64,000 nt of DNA, from positions 160,001-224,000 of the forward strand of contig CBDCRI010000001.1 of NCBI GenBank assembly GCA_965220965.1, given 5' to 3'. Positions 9,555-19,728 of the stretch are shown here, piece by piece; position 1 is the first letter of the stretch, and each line of letters opens with the position of its first letter. The notes beneath the pieces are model-generated. The model had not been told where the DNA came from and searched no databases. It saw nothing but the letters and a program-made list of their open reading frames with translations. The translations under genes were made by a program, and so were the position numbers. The stretch is from Candidatus Marinacidobacterium sp. (GTDB taxonomy: Bacteria > Acidobacteriota > Vicinamibacteria > Marinacidobacterales > Marinacidobacteraceae).

Positions 9555-9668
9555 GACACGCCGCGGTGCGCCGGGCCGGCCTGACGCACGCGGGGCCAAC
9601 CCACGGCGGCTTCCTATAATCGACGCGATGTCCCCCCGAAGGGGCGGGCGCCTTTGCAGGAGGGGATT
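9555..9668 (+). repeat. repeated promoter/leader unit (copy at about 10787-10910, diverged copy at about 8180-8256)
   Basis: Shared CGCGGGGCCAACCCACGGCGGCTTYCTATAATCGACGC...CCCCGAAGGGG...GCGCCTTTGCAGGAGGGGA. Confidence 0.85.
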
Positions 9669-10697
9669 GTGGACGACGGCCAGGCCGCAGCGAGAGAAAC
9701 GAGGAGCGCGCGCGCGAAGGAGGCGGACGACGCGCACAAGGCGCTGCTGGATGCCATTGGCGCCACCTACCGGGGCGGCGCCCCGCATGAACGGCTTTGC
9801 GTGCATTGGGACGGGTTCGGCGACCAAGGCTGGGTTGACGCCGTCGCCTGGGGGGTCCCGGACCCCGCCGAGGAGGCCGGCGCAGCGCCGCTCACGTGCA
9901 TCATCGACGAGAAGGCGGAGAGGCCGCCGCCTTCGGTGACGGAGGCGGCCACGAATTTCGCCTACCTGGCGATGTCCGCGCACCCGGCGGAGCTTAAGGG
10001 CTTGTGCGACAACGACGGCGGCGACGTCTCCCTCGTCCTCGACTGCGCCTCGGGCCGCGCCACCGTGAATTCGCGCCGCCGGGAGAGGCAGCTAAAGGCG
10101 CTCGACCCCAACGCCGCCCGCGCCGCCAGCCTGCCCCTCAACGCGCTCGACGGCACGCCCGGCGAGGCGCGCGCGCTGGGGCTTTTCAGCGGCGGCGCGC
10201 AAGCGGTCGCGGACCTCGGGCGCGGGCTGTCACGCACCCTGCGCTCCCTCGTCCCAGCCTCAAAGCAGGCCCTCGCGGAGGATGTGGCCCGGGAGGGCAT
10301 CGCGGTCAGGTACCTGTTCAGCGCGGAGAGCGGCAGAGGCGTCATCGAGGAGATCATGACCCCCTCCCCGCTGAGGGGTGACGAGAATGACGGGGACTTC
10401 CAGTGGTGGAGTTCCCACTGGTGCGACCTGGTGGACGAACTGATGGATAAGGGGGGCATCGACGACGTCTGCACCGGCCTCGCCGACCGGGCCGGCCACG
10501 AATGGACCCGAAAGGAAGGCTGCCTTTTGTCCATCGAGATGCGCTTTCCGATCGACCCGGAAGCCGACGGCGCGGCCGTCGCCATCACGCGCGAGGTCGT
10601 GAAGTGGGAGAGCTCGTTCGAGGACATCGCCACCTTCGACATGCCGCCGCGCGACCGACCGCGGGCGGCCAGCTCCCCGGACGGCCCTGGCCTGTGA
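9669..10697 (+). CDS. acidic GxGDxG-family protein (DUF6878-like), paralogue 2
   Basis: GTG start after AGGAGGGG; HWDGFGDQG...CDNDGGDVSLVLDCASG and a second related domain. Confidence 0.75.
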   Translation: MDDGQAAARETRSARAKEADDAHKALLDAIGATYRGGAPHERLCVHWDGFGDQGWVDAVAWGVPDPAEEAGAAPLTCIIDEKAERPPPSVTEAATNFAYLAMSAHPAELKGLCDNDGGDVSLVLDCASGRATVNSRRRERQLKALDPNAARAASLPLNALDGTPGEARALGLFSGGAQAVADLGRGLSRTLRSLVPASKQALAEDVAREGIAVRYLFSAESGRGVIEEIMTPSPLRGDENDGDFQWWSSHWCDLVDELMDKGGIDDVCTGLADRAGHEWTRKEGCLLSIEMRFPIDPEADGAAVAITREVVKWESSFEDIATFDMPPRDRPRAASSPDGPGL

Positions 10698-10910
10698 CAT
10701 CCGCCGCTGCAACCGCAGGCGGCTGGGCGGGGCGGACGGGCCGGCGACTGGCCGCGTGCCGCCCAAGCGCACGCGCGGCGGTCTCCTGACCCGCCGCGGG
10801 GGCGCCGCGACCGCCTGACGCCCGCGACGCCGCGCGGGGCCAACCCACGGCGGCTTTCTATAATCGACGCAACGCCCCCGAAGGGGAGGGCGCCTTTGCA
10901 GGAGGGGAAC

Positions 10911-11951
10911 GTGGACGACAGCCAGACCGCAGCAAGCGCGGCCAGCGACCGGCGCGCCGAGGAGGCGGCGGAGGCCGCGCGCGACGCGCTGCTCGATGCC
11001 ATTCGCGCCGCTTTCGGCAACCACCCCCCGCATGAGCGGCTTTGCGTCCATTGGGACGGGTTCGGCGACAATGGGGCGGTTGACCTAGCCGCCTGGGGCC
11101 GCGCGGATCCCGCCGAGGATGCCGACCCCAAGACGCTCACCTGCCACCTTTGCGAAGAGCCCGAGCCCATGCCGCCCTCGGTGGAGGAGCGGGCGATGGA
11201 CTTCGCCCTCCTTGCGATCGATGCGCACGAGGAGCTCCACCACTTCGGGGACGGCGACGGCGGCGTCATCGACGTCATCCTCGACTGCCGCTCAGGCCGG
11301 GCCACCGTGGATGCCCAGCGCAGGGAGGCCCGGCTCCAAGTGCCGGACACCAGCGCCATCAGGAACGCAAGGCTGCCCCTGGACGCCCCGGAGGCGCCGA
11401 ACGGCGAGTGGGCCAAGCTCGGGCTCAGCGACCGCGGCGCAAAAGCCATCAGGAGCTTTGCGCGCGGGGTGTCCAGCGACCTGCGCGCCGGCGTCGAGGC
11501 CGTCAGGGCGGGGCTCTGGGAGGAGCTTGCCGAAGAGCGCATCGTGGTGCGGTACTGCTTCAACGGTGAGGGCGACGAAGGCATGCTGGAGGACGTCGAG
11601 GCCCTCCCCACGCCAAGGTTCTGGGCGGATGATGGGCTCCGTCAGCAGTGGCATGCCGAGTGGGCGGGCATGGTGTTCCGGCGCATCGGGAAGATGGGCA
11701 TCGACGACGTCTGCACCGGCCTCGCCGACCGGGCCGGCTGGGACTGGAGCAGCAACCACGGCGGAGCCCTGTGGATCGAGCTGCGGCTGCCGCTGGACGC
11801 GAGCGCCGAGGAGGCGGCCGTCGAGATCGCCCGGGTGGTCCAGATCAGGACGTACCCCTTGGTGGACGACCTGACCTTTGACATGTCGCCCGGCCCCCCG
11901 CCGCAACCCCAGGAGGAGCGCCATGCCGGACCGGCTTCCGGACCGCAGTGA
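10911..11951 (+). CDS. acidic GxGDxG-family protein (DUF6878-like), paralogue 3
   Basis: GTG start; HWDGFGDNG and a second motif FNGEGDEG. Confidence 0.75.
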   Translation: MDDSQTAASAASDRRAEEAAEAARDALLDAIRAAFGNHPPHERLCVHWDGFGDNGAVDLAAWGRADPAEDADPKTLTCHLCEEPEPMPPSVEERAMDFALLAIDAHEELHHFGDGDGGVIDVILDCRSGRATVDAQRREARLQVPDTSAIRNARLPLDAPEAPNGEWAKLGLSDRGAKAIRSFARGVSSDLRAGVEAVRAGLWEELAEERIVVRYCFNGEGDEGMLEDVEALPTPRFWADDGLRQQWHAEWAGMVFRRIGKMGIDDVCTGLADRAGWDWSSNHGGALWIELRLPLDASAEEAAVEIARVVQIRTYPLVDDLTFDMSPGPPPQPQEERHAGPASGPQ

Positions 11952-12468
11952 CAGCGAGCTTGCCGAGCTGAATGACGTCCGGCGGCGGCTTTGCGCCGCA
12001 GTGCTCGATGAGGCCGCTCCGCTCGGCCTCGACCACGCCGAGGCGCGCCTGGTCCTGGAATGGTCGGGCCACGGCGACTCGGGCTGCCTCGAGAAGGCCT
12101 ACTTCCAGCGACGCTCCGGCGGCGATGGGCCGGCGGGGCCGTGGGCGGACCTGGGCAGCATCGACCTCTCCGAGACCACGGCGTGCATGGCCGACGATTT
12201 CCTGACCCGCCTTGTCTGCCACTTCCCCGAAACGGAAGGTCTTGAGATGCACGACGGCGGCGGCCTCAGGGCCGCCCTCGACCTGCGCGACGGGACCTGC
12301 GAGGCCACCGCGGGATTCGGCTTGTGCGAGTGGGACGTTGCGGCCATCGACGCAATCGAGTTCGACGGGCGCTTGCCCCCCGATCCCGAGATCGCCGCGG
12401 CCTTCCGGCGGGCGGAGCGCGCCAAGCCGGGGCGAGAAGGCCCGCGCCCGCCCGGCGTCGCGACCTGA
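11923..12468 (+). CDS. acidic GxGDxG-family protein, single-domain paralogue 4
   Basis: AGGAGGAG RBS; LEWSGHGDSG; C-terminal EFDGRLPPDPEIAAAF shared with paralogues 5 and 6. Confidence 0.72.
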   Translation: MPDRLPDRSDSELAELNDVRRRLCAAVLDEAAPLGLDHAEARLVLEWSGHGDSGCLEKAYFQRRSGGDGPAGPWADLGSIDLSETTACMADDFLTRLVCHFPETEGLEMHDGGGLRAALDLRDGTCEATAGFGLCEWDVAAIDAIEFDGRLPPDPEIAAAFRRAERAKPGREGPRPPGVAT

Positions 12469-12480
12469 CCGGAGACGAGC

Positions 12481-13491
12481 ATGCCGATGACGAAGGAGGA
12501 GCGCTGGAGCAGGAACCGCGACGAGATGGTCGCCGCCCGGCGGCGGCTTTGCGCCGCCGTGCTCGAGGAGGCCGCCCAGCACGACCTCGGCCGGGCGCGC
12601 CTGCTCCTTGAGTGGTCCGGGCTCGGCGACGAGGGCACCTTGGACTTCATGGAGTTCAGGCCCTGGCCGTCCGGGACGCCGACCGGCCCCGACCTCCCGC
12701 GCATCCGCCTCTCCCCCTCGACCCGCAGCCTCGCCAGCGACTTCGTGGACCGCCTGGTCAACCACTTCCCCGAAACCGAGGGGCTGGACAACGAGTGCGG
12801 CGGCCACTTCCGGTGCGCGCTCGACGTGCGCGACGGCGCCTGCGAGTCGACCGCGGAAGCCAACCAGGAGGCGGAGGACGTGCAGGTTCAGCGCGTCGAC
12901 TCCGACCGCGTGGCCCATCCCTGGTCCCTGCTGCCGACGCTCACCGGACCCATGGCGGTGCCGATGGTGCAGGCCCAGGCCATCGTCGGCTTCTGCGCCG
13001 GCCTCGGGGGCCAGCTGGCCGAGGGGGGCGCCCTGGCCGAGGCCACGTCGGGCCTCGAGGAGGTCACGATACTGGTGTTGTACTCCGGGGGCGGCGACGA
13101 AGGCGAGCTTGAGTCGGTGTCGGTCGAGGACGCCAAGCGCATCCCGGGCGTTGGGGCGGCATCCCTGATGGACGCCCTCGACGCCGTCGACTCGGCCATC
13201 CGCAAGCTCCTCACCCCCGAGCTCGAGGAGGCGCTCTGCAAGGCCGCCCGGGATTGCGGCCATGACGTCGTCCATGACCTCGGTGGGTACGTGCACCTCC
13301 AACTGACCCTGCCCGGCCCCCGGGCCGCCAATCCCGGCTACAGCCTGAGCCGGGTCGTCTACAACTGGGAGGAGTCCTCCCGGGAGGTTGAGTTCAACGG
13401 CCGACTGCCGGCCGACCCCGAGATCGCCGCGCACTTCGCGCGCGGGCGCTCGCCCGACGCGGACCCCGGCGCCCCCGGCCCGGCCCCCTGA
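12481..13491 (+). CDS. acidic GxGDxG-family protein, paralogue 5
   Basis: LEWSGLGDEG and YSGGGDEG motifs; EFNGRLPADPEIAAHF tail. Confidence 0.75.
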   Translation: MPMTKEERWSRNRDEMVAARRRLCAAVLEEAAQHDLGRARLLLEWSGLGDEGTLDFMEFRPWPSGTPTGPDLPRIRLSPSTRSLASDFVDRLVNHFPETEGLDNECGGHFRCALDVRDGACESTAEANQEAEDVQVQRVDSDRVAHPWSLLPTLTGPMAVPMVQAQAIVGFCAGLGGQLAEGGALAEATSGLEEVTILVLYSGGGDEGELESVSVEDAKRIPGVGAASLMDALDAVDSAIRKLLTPELEEALCKAARDCGHDVVHDLGGYVHLQLTLPGPRAANPGYSLSRVVYNWEESSREVEFNGRLPADPEIAAHFARGRSPDADPGAPGPAP

Positions 13492-13560
13492 ATGCAAGCG
13501 AGGCCGGAGCCGCAAGCCGCTTGCCGCTCCGGCGCAGAGCAGGGCCGACAGGAGACAGCC

Positions 13561-14619
13561 ATGCAAAACGCGCTTCGGCATCCCAAGGAAACGAATGCGA
13601 GCGACCCGCTCTTCATGCGGCGCGAACTGTGCGCCGCGGCGCTCGAGGACGCGGCCTTCCTCGGCCTCGACCTCGGCCGGACGCGACTGAACCTCGAGTG
13701 GACGGGCCGTGGAGGCTGCAGCCACATGGAGGACGTCTACTTGCTCGTCCGGCCCGCCGGCGGCGTGGCGGGAGAGGCCCCTCACGCCAGCCTTCTCCGC
13801 GACTCCCTCTCCGAGCGGACCCGAAGCCTTGCCAGCGGCTTCCTAGGCGCCTTGGTGGGACGGTTTCCGGAAACCCGGCACCTGGACCAAGGCGACGGCG
13901 GGGAATTCGAGGCCTGGCTTGACCTGCGCTCCGGGTCGGGCCATGCGTCCGCATGGTCCAGGCAGAGCCAGCTTCGGCAAGTCGAGATGCTGGCCACGGC
14001 GCCGTCGGCCAGCCCAATCAGCTTGGGCCAGGCGCTTTCCGGGCCGATGGGCGTCGCGCCAAGGCACGCGAGGGCGGTGGCCCGGTTCTGCGCGCGTCTC
14101 GGGCGGCAACTCGGCGACGGGGGCGAGCTGGCCATGGCGGTCCCCGAACTTGCGGAGATCGAGATATTGGCCGAGTTCGAGGCCTGGGGCGAGACGGGCG
14201 AACTGGAGTCCGTGGAGGTGGATCCCGCCGGAAAGTCCTTCGCGGCTGCCGACCCGCGGGCCGTGCGCGAAGCCATGCCTGCGGTTAACGCCGCCATTCA
14301 CGAGCTGCTCACCTGCGAGGAGGAGGAGGCGTTGTGCCAAGTGGCCCTGAGCACGCAATGCGGCGCGGTCAGCGAGGACGGGGAGTTCGGGCGCGTTGCC
14401 GTCCGAATGGTGCTGCCCACCGCCCACGCGCCCGAACCATGCTACCGCGTGAGCCGGCAGGTCCTGCACGTGGAGGACGTCCACACCCCGATCCCCTTCG
14501 ACGGCCGGCTGCCGGCCGACCCGGAGATCGCCGCGCGCTTCGCGCGGCCGGAGCGCGCCCACGCGGCGGGCGGACGCTTGGACGGCCCTGGCCGCAGCAG
14601 GCGCGGCCTTGCACCCTGA
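13561..14619 (+). CDS. acidic GxGDxG-family protein, paralogue 6 (motifs degenerate)
   Basis: AGGAG RBS; RRELCAAALE...LEWTGRGGCS, FEAWGETGELE; FDGRLPADPEIAARF tail. Confidence 0.72.
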   Translation: MQNALRHPKETNASDPLFMRRELCAAALEDAAFLGLDLGRTRLNLEWTGRGGCSHMEDVYLLVRPAGGVAGEAPHASLLRDSLSERTRSLASGFLGALVGRFPETRHLDQGDGGEFEAWLDLRSGSGHASAWSRQSQLRQVEMLATAPSASPISLGQALSGPMGVAPRHARAVARFCARLGRQLGDGGELAMAVPELAEIEILAEFEAWGETGELESVEVDPAGKSFAAADPRAVREAMPAVNAAIHELLTCEEEEALCQVALSTQCGAVSEDGEFGRVAVRMVLPTAHAPEPCYRVSRQVLHVEDVHTPIPFDGRLPADPEIAARFARPERAHAAGGRLDGPGRSRRGLAP

Positions 14620-15835
14620 GGCCCGCGTGGCGGCGTACGAGAAGCGCCCGCGGGCGCGGCGGCGCAGCCCGCGCGTGCTGAGCCTGTTCTCCGGCGCCGG
14701 GGGCCTCGACCTCGGCTTCATCCAAGCCGGCTTCGTCCCAGTCGGCGCCTACGACATCTGCCCGGCGGCGGTCGCGGCCTACCGGAGCAACATCTGCGCT
14801 GACGCGCACGTCCTCGACCTGTCCGACAGCGCGCCGGACCCGGATGGCGTCCCGGACGTCGTGGTCGCCGGCGCCCCGTGCCAGGGCCACTCAACGATCG
14901 GCGCGCGCCGGCTTAACGACCCGCGCAACGCGCTCTTCCCGCGCGCCGCCAAGCTGGCGGTACGCCTGTCCCCGCAGGCCATCGTGCTCGAGAACGTCCC
15001 GGGCCTGCTCGCCGGGCGGCACAGAGGCTACTACGACGCGGCGGCCGAGCTGCTCCGCGAGGCCGGCTACGCCGTTCGCCACGTCGGCCTGGCCGCCGAG
15101 GCGGCGGGGCTGCCGCAGCGCCGCAAGCGCATCTTCCTGGTCGGCACGCACTCCGACCGACCGCTGGCCGTTCGAGCCGGTCCCGCCGCGCCGTCCCTAG
15201 GGCAGGCGATCGCCAACTGCGACGGCCTGCCCAACCACGAGCCGCGGCTGCTGCGGCCGGGAACGGACGCCCACCGCATCGCCAGCGCCATCGCCCCCGG
15301 GCAGAAGCTGTGCGACGTCCGCGCAGGCCCAGCTTCGGTGCACTCCTGGGACATTCCCGGCGTGTTCGGCGCGACCACCCGAAGCGAGCGCCGCCTGCTC
15401 GTGGAGGTCATGCGCCTGCGCCGGCGCCTTCGGCGGCGGCCGAACGGGGACGCCGACCCCGTCCAGGCGCCGGAGCTGGGGAAGCGGCTCGGAGCGGGCT
15501 TCCTCGGGGATGCCCACGCGCTGGTCGGGAAGGGCTACCTCGTGCGCTCCGGCGACTGCATCGACCTGTCCAGGCGGTTCAACGGCAAGTTCCGCCGGCT
15601 CGACGCCGAGGGCCTGTCCAACGCCGTGGACACGCGCTTCGGCGACCCGCGCTGCTTCCTCCACCCGGTGGAGCAGCGCGGGCTCAGCGTGCGTGAGGCG
15701 GCCCGAATCCAAGGTCTTCCAGACGGCTTCATCCTAGCCGGAAGCCTTGCCGAGCAGTTCCGGATGGTCGGCAACGCCGTCCCGCCCCCCATGGCCAAGG
15801 CGGTCGCGCTGGCGGTTCTGCAGACACTTCGCTGA
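14609..15835 (+). CDS. DNA (cytosine-5)-methyltransferase
   Basis: LSLFSGAGG (I), GAPCQGHS (IV), LENVPGL (VI), PQRRKRIF (VIII), VGNAVPP (X); start codon uncertain. Confidence 0.92.
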   Translation: MHPEARVAAYEKRPRARRRSPRVLSLFSGAGGLDLGFIQAGFVPVGAYDICPAAVAAYRSNICADAHVLDLSDSAPDPDGVPDVVVAGAPCQGHSTIGARRLNDPRNALFPRAAKLAVRLSPQAIVLENVPGLLAGRHRGYYDAAAELLREAGYAVRHVGLAAEAAGLPQRRKRIFLVGTHSDRPLAVRAGPAAPSLGQAIANCDGLPNHEPRLLRPGTDAHRIASAIAPGQKLCDVRAGPASVHSWDIPGVFGATTRSERRLLVEVMRLRRRLRRRPNGDADPVQAPELGKRLGAGFLGDAHALVGKGYLVRSGDCIDLSRRFNGKFRRLDAEGLSNAVDTRFGDPRCFLHPVEQRGLSVREAARIQGLPDGFILAGSLAEQFRMVGNAVPPPMAKAVALAVLQTLR

Positions 15836-15868
15836 CGACATGAGGCCGGCACGCGCGGTCGTGCGGCG

Positions 15869-16675
15869 TCAGCGGCCTGGGCCGCACCCCCCGTTCGATG
15901 GCGAAGGCGGCTCGGGCGCGCTCTCCGGGCTAGGCTGCGGAGGGGTGAGGACGGCGGCCGCCAAGTCGGCGAAGGCGCCCCATGGGTCGCGGGCCAGGTC
16001 CTTGTGCGCGGCTTCCATCAAGGGGCGCCCCAAGATAATCCGAGACGACGAAGCCCTTATCTGCTCAAGCACCAGCGCCAGCTCGCTGTGGTGGCTCTCC
16101 TTTGCCGCCAAGACCAGCGCCTCCGCCACGCCGGGCTCGTGCCGGAACATGCAGCACAGGTCATACCCGTCGCGGACCAGCAGCTTTCCGCCGTGGATGA
16201 CGCGGCCGATGAGCTTGCCCTCCAGTATGCCGGCGGTCGGCGCAAGCGCGATTCCAGTGTCCTCCTCCCGGTCCATGCCGTCCGTGTCGAGCGGCTTCCT
16301 GGCAGCGGACAGGCTCACGGGTCCGCTGTCCGTGTACGACCACGACGCCACTTGCCTGCCCACGCGGAAGCTTCGCTTCACGAGGCCCTCGGCGGCCAGC
16401 CGGCCCAGCTCCAGGCGGAGCTCAGCGCGTGCGCGTCCGACGAAGCGGCCAGCGAGTTCCGCGTTCATTGCGAGGTCTATGTCCGTGCTGCGCCTGTGTC
16501 CCCAGCGCATGGCCAGCGCGGTGCCGCCGCCGAGGCGCAGGTTGCGGAGCTCGTCCGGGGCCATCATCGCGTCAAGCAGCCGCCCCGCCCTGAGCAGGGA
16601 GAGCTTCGGCTTCCCCTCAAGGCGGAACGTGCGCGGCTGACGGTCCTTAGACGCCGACAAGGCCAGGCTCCCCAT
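15869..16675 (-). CDS. AbiEii/AbiGii-family nucleotidyltransferase toxin
   Basis: LRLGGGTALAMRWGHRRSTDIDL and K...RDGYDL motifs. Confidence 0.85.
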   Translation of the reverse strand: MGSLALSASKDRQPRTFRLEGKPKLSLLRAGRLLDAMMAPDELRNLRLGGGTALAMRWGHRRSTDIDLAMNAELAGRFVGRARAELRLELGRLAAEGLVKRSFRVGRQVASWSYTDSGPVSLSAARKPLDTDGMDREEDTGIALAPTAGILEGKLIGRVIHGGKLLVRDGYDLCCMFRHEPGVAEALVLAAKESHHSELALVLEQIRASSSRIILGRPLMEAAHKDLARDPWGAFADLAAAVLTPPQPSPESAPEPPSPSNGGCGPGR

Positions 16676-17093
16676 CCAGGTTCGCCATGCGCCTGTCCCA
16701 TTCGGGATCCTCGCCCAGGTCCGTGACCGGCACTTCGGGGCATGCGAAGGTGATGAGGTTGTTCCAGATCCGGTTCCGGTCGCCGTTGCAGCGGACCACC
16801 AGCCTCGCGACCTGGCCCATGCTTGCGCGCCCGTCGAACAGCGCCCTTCGGGCCTCGTCGGCGTCCATGTTCAGGAGCGCCTCCTGTAGGGCAAAGCGCC
16901 GGTCTGCGTCCGGGGCGTCGCCGGCCCTCGCCCACAGGATGAAATCCCGCTCACTGATGTCGACGGGGCAGCCGGCGAGGTGCTTCTCCAAAGCCAGCCC
17001 GAGCTCCCCGACGCCGGTTTGGGTCTCCCGCGGCTCGTCATCGTAGGGTGCGTCCAAGGCAACGTCCTGCACCTGTCGGCGAAGCGTCTTCAT
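16647..17093 (-). CDS. putative antitoxin upstream of the AbiEii-like toxin (148 aa)
   Basis: GGGAG RBS then MKTLRRQVQD...; overlaps the toxin start; no recognised domain. Confidence 0.6.
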   Translation of the reverse strand: MKTLRRQVQDVALDAPYDDEPRETQTGVGELGLALEKHLAGCPVDISERDFILWARAGDAPDADRRFALQEALLNMDADEARRALFDGRASMGQVARLVVRCNGDRNRIWNNLITFACPEVPVTDLGEDPEWDRRMANLDGEPGLVGV

Positions 17094-17307
17094 GTGCGTT
17101 CTCCCTAGTCGTCCTGCATCTTGAAGCGCCCATTGTAAGGCCTGCGGGAAGCGCGTTGGGGGAAGTTCCTGCCTTCCCGGATCGCGCGGGCGCTGCTGGC
17201 TTGCCGCTTGACGCCCCGTTCGCGAAGTCGCCCCCGTCCGCGCCGGCCCGGAGGCCGACGCGCTTTCTACAATCGCCGCATGACAGACAAGAGCGGGGCC
17301 AGGGCGG

Positions 17308-18379
17308 ATGGCTGAAACGGCGGACGACTTCGAGCTGGTCCTCTCGGGGTCACCCGAGCCCTCTATGGCGAGGCTCATGGGGGTGGCCAAGGACGCGGAC
17401 GCGCGCGCGGAGAAGGCCCGCGACGCGCTGCTGGGGGCCATTCGGCAGGCCACGGCGGCGGGTTCCGCCCCCCCAGCGGATGTGGGTCGAGCGGTCAGGC
17501 GACGGGAGCGGACGCGTGACCGACTCGGTCCTCTGGGGCACCCCGCAAACGCGCGCGGGATCGGCCGGCGGTCGTCCGGCCGGCGACGTGGGGGCCGAGG
17601 CCGCCGTGCCGCCGAGTCCCGCCGCGCTGGCCGCCCGGGAATTCCTGGACGCATGGAGGAAAGCCCACTGGCAGCTTGTGCGCTGGGACATCGGCCGCCA
17701 TCGCAGCAGCCTGCGCATCGCCGTTGACTGCGCCACGGGGGCCGCGGCCCTCAGCGCGCGCACGCCCCTCGCCAAGCTGACCCATGCTGAGGAGGGCGCC
17801 TTCCACCGCCTCATGGTGCCCAAGCCGGCCTCTCCGCCCCAGCGCGGGGCCTCGGAAGCGCTGACCGCGGAGCAGGCCGGCGCGCTCTGGGAATTCGCGG
17901 AGCTGGCCTCGGCCGAGCTGCGGACCGCAGACATGGCGATGACGGAGGGCCTCGGCGACGCGCACGCCGACCGCCGCCTCATCGCGCTCGTCTCCTTCCA
18001 AGGGGAGGGCGCGACAAGCTCAATTCATTCGATCGGCGCCGACCCCGCCCATCATCCGGACCGGGGCGGCGCCTTTGGGCGCGGGAGGTGGAATTGGGCC
18101 ACCGGGCTGCTGGCAAAGGCCGCCGAACGGACCGGGCTTGCCGAAGCGCTTCAGGGGTTGGCTGACGGCTCTCCGCCCGAGTGGCGGGATGGCGGGGTGG
18201 TCAACGTGAGGCTGACGCTGCCTGCGGTCGCGACGGACGAGGGCGCTGCCATCGCCGTCGAGCGGGAGACGCTTCTGAGGACGGTCAGCGACGAGGAGTT
18301 CCTCATCCTCTCAATGCCGCCGGAGCGGCTGCCCGAGCCGCGCAAGGCCGCCCGCGGGACCGCCGCGCCGAGTCCCTGA
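17308..18379 (+). pseudogene. GxGDxG-family paralogue 7, split by a frameshift in a C7 run
   Basis: N-terminus ...ARDALLGAIRQ lies in the 17308 frame; PQRMWV...IAVDCATG...FQGEG lies in the +1 frame; junction at C7 17468-17474. Confidence 0.7.
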
Positions 18380-18645
18380 CGCGCGAAGCCTCCCCCCGGA
18401 CCGGGGCGCACCGCCCCACGGGCGGCTGCGCACGCTTTCGCGTCCCCGACGCCCGCGCCCTTGCCCGCCTCCAGCGCCCGCCGCCGCTCCAAGGCTGCCC
18501 GACGGCCCCCCCCCACACACAGCCGGTCGGGCGGCGGCTTCCGCAAGGTTGCCATGGACGGCGAACTCGGGGTCGGGCTCCTATAATCCCGGAAGAGGCC
18601 AACGGCAATTGCGCCTGCTGGCGTGTGCAGCGAGGAGAGCAGCGA

Positions 18646-19728
18646 ATGGAAGAAAGGCAGGACGGACCGGAGGGCGCCCGCGCCCGGGCTTCCGGGAGAC
18701 CGACGGATCACCCGGTGGAGGTCGGCGACCCGGGCACGCCCGAGGCGGAGGCGCTAAACGCGTTGCTGGGAGCGATTCGGCAGTGCCCCCCCGAGGAAAC
18801 GCCGGAGCGCCTGTGGATTCTCTGGGAGGGCTACGGCGACTCCGGGGCGATCGAGGAGATCGACTGGGGCGAGCGGGAGCCTCGGCCGGAAGGCGAATCC
18901 GGCCCCTTGGTCGACGAGCCGGGGCCCTACGCCTTCACGCCGCCGCGCCACGTCACGCACGCCGCCGCGGAATTCGGCGGGGCTTGGATCGAGGCCCTCT
19001 CCGACCTCCAGAACCTGGAGGACAACGCCGGCGGAAGCATTCGGATCGCCGTGGACTGCGCCACGGGGGACGCGTTCCTGAGCGCCTGCAGCCCCGAGCC
19101 GAGGCTGCAGCGCCCCGAGGACCCTGACCGGCTCCACTTCACGCTGCCCAAGCCGCCCGCCTCCGGGCAGTGGAAGGACGCTGACCTGCCGGAGGAGCTG
19201 TCGGCGGATGCCGCCGACGTTCTCTGGGCGTTCGCCGAGAGCCTTGCTCCGGGCATGCGCGAGGCGGTCGCGGAGTTCGGGGACGTCCTGGGGGACGTGC
19301 CTGCCGCGGGCCGCTTCGTGGCGCTTTTCACGTTCTCGGGGCAGGGCGACGAGGGCATGTTCGACGACGTCTCGGACGATCCGGTCCTGCTCCGGGAGCG
19401 GCACGACGGAAAGTCGCTCCGCCGGCGCTGGTCGTGGTCGTCGCGGGCGGGCAAGCTGCTCGAGAAGGCGGCCGAAAGGTGCGGGGTCGCCGACGTCGTG
19501 CAGGAACTGGCCGACGACTCCCCGCACGAATGGCGGAACGGCATCGGCGGCGAGGTGCGGGTGAGGGTGACGCTGCCGCTCGACCCCGACGCCGAGGGAG
19601 CCGAGCTGGCGGTGGAGCGGGAGACGCTGTACCGGGAGGAAATGGACGTGGAGTTCCTCACCCACCGCATGCGGCCACCGGGGCCCTCCCCCAAGGCCGC
19701 CAAGGCGCCGGCGGCCGCCAGCTCCTGA
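18646..19728 (+). CDS. acidic GxGDxG-family protein (DUF6878-like), paralogue 8
   Basis: CTATAAT at about 18582; WEGYGDSG...LEDNAGG and FSGQGDEG...WRNGIGG. Confidence 0.78.
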   Translation: MEERQDGPEGARARASGRPTDHPVEVGDPGTPEAEALNALLGAIRQCPPEETPERLWILWEGYGDSGAIEEIDWGEREPRPEGESGPLVDEPGPYAFTPPRHVTHAAAEFGGAWIEALSDLQNLEDNAGGSIRIAVDCATGDAFLSACSPEPRLQRPEDPDRLHFTLPKPPASGQWKDADLPEELSADAADVLWAFAESLAPGMREAVAEFGDVLGDVPAAGRFVALFTFSGQGDEGMFDDVSDDPVLLRERHDGKSLRRRWSWSSRAGKLLEKAAERCGVADVVQELADDSPHEWRNGIGGEVRVRVTLPLDPDAEGAELAVERETLYREEMDVEFLTHRMRPPGPSPKAAKAPAAASS

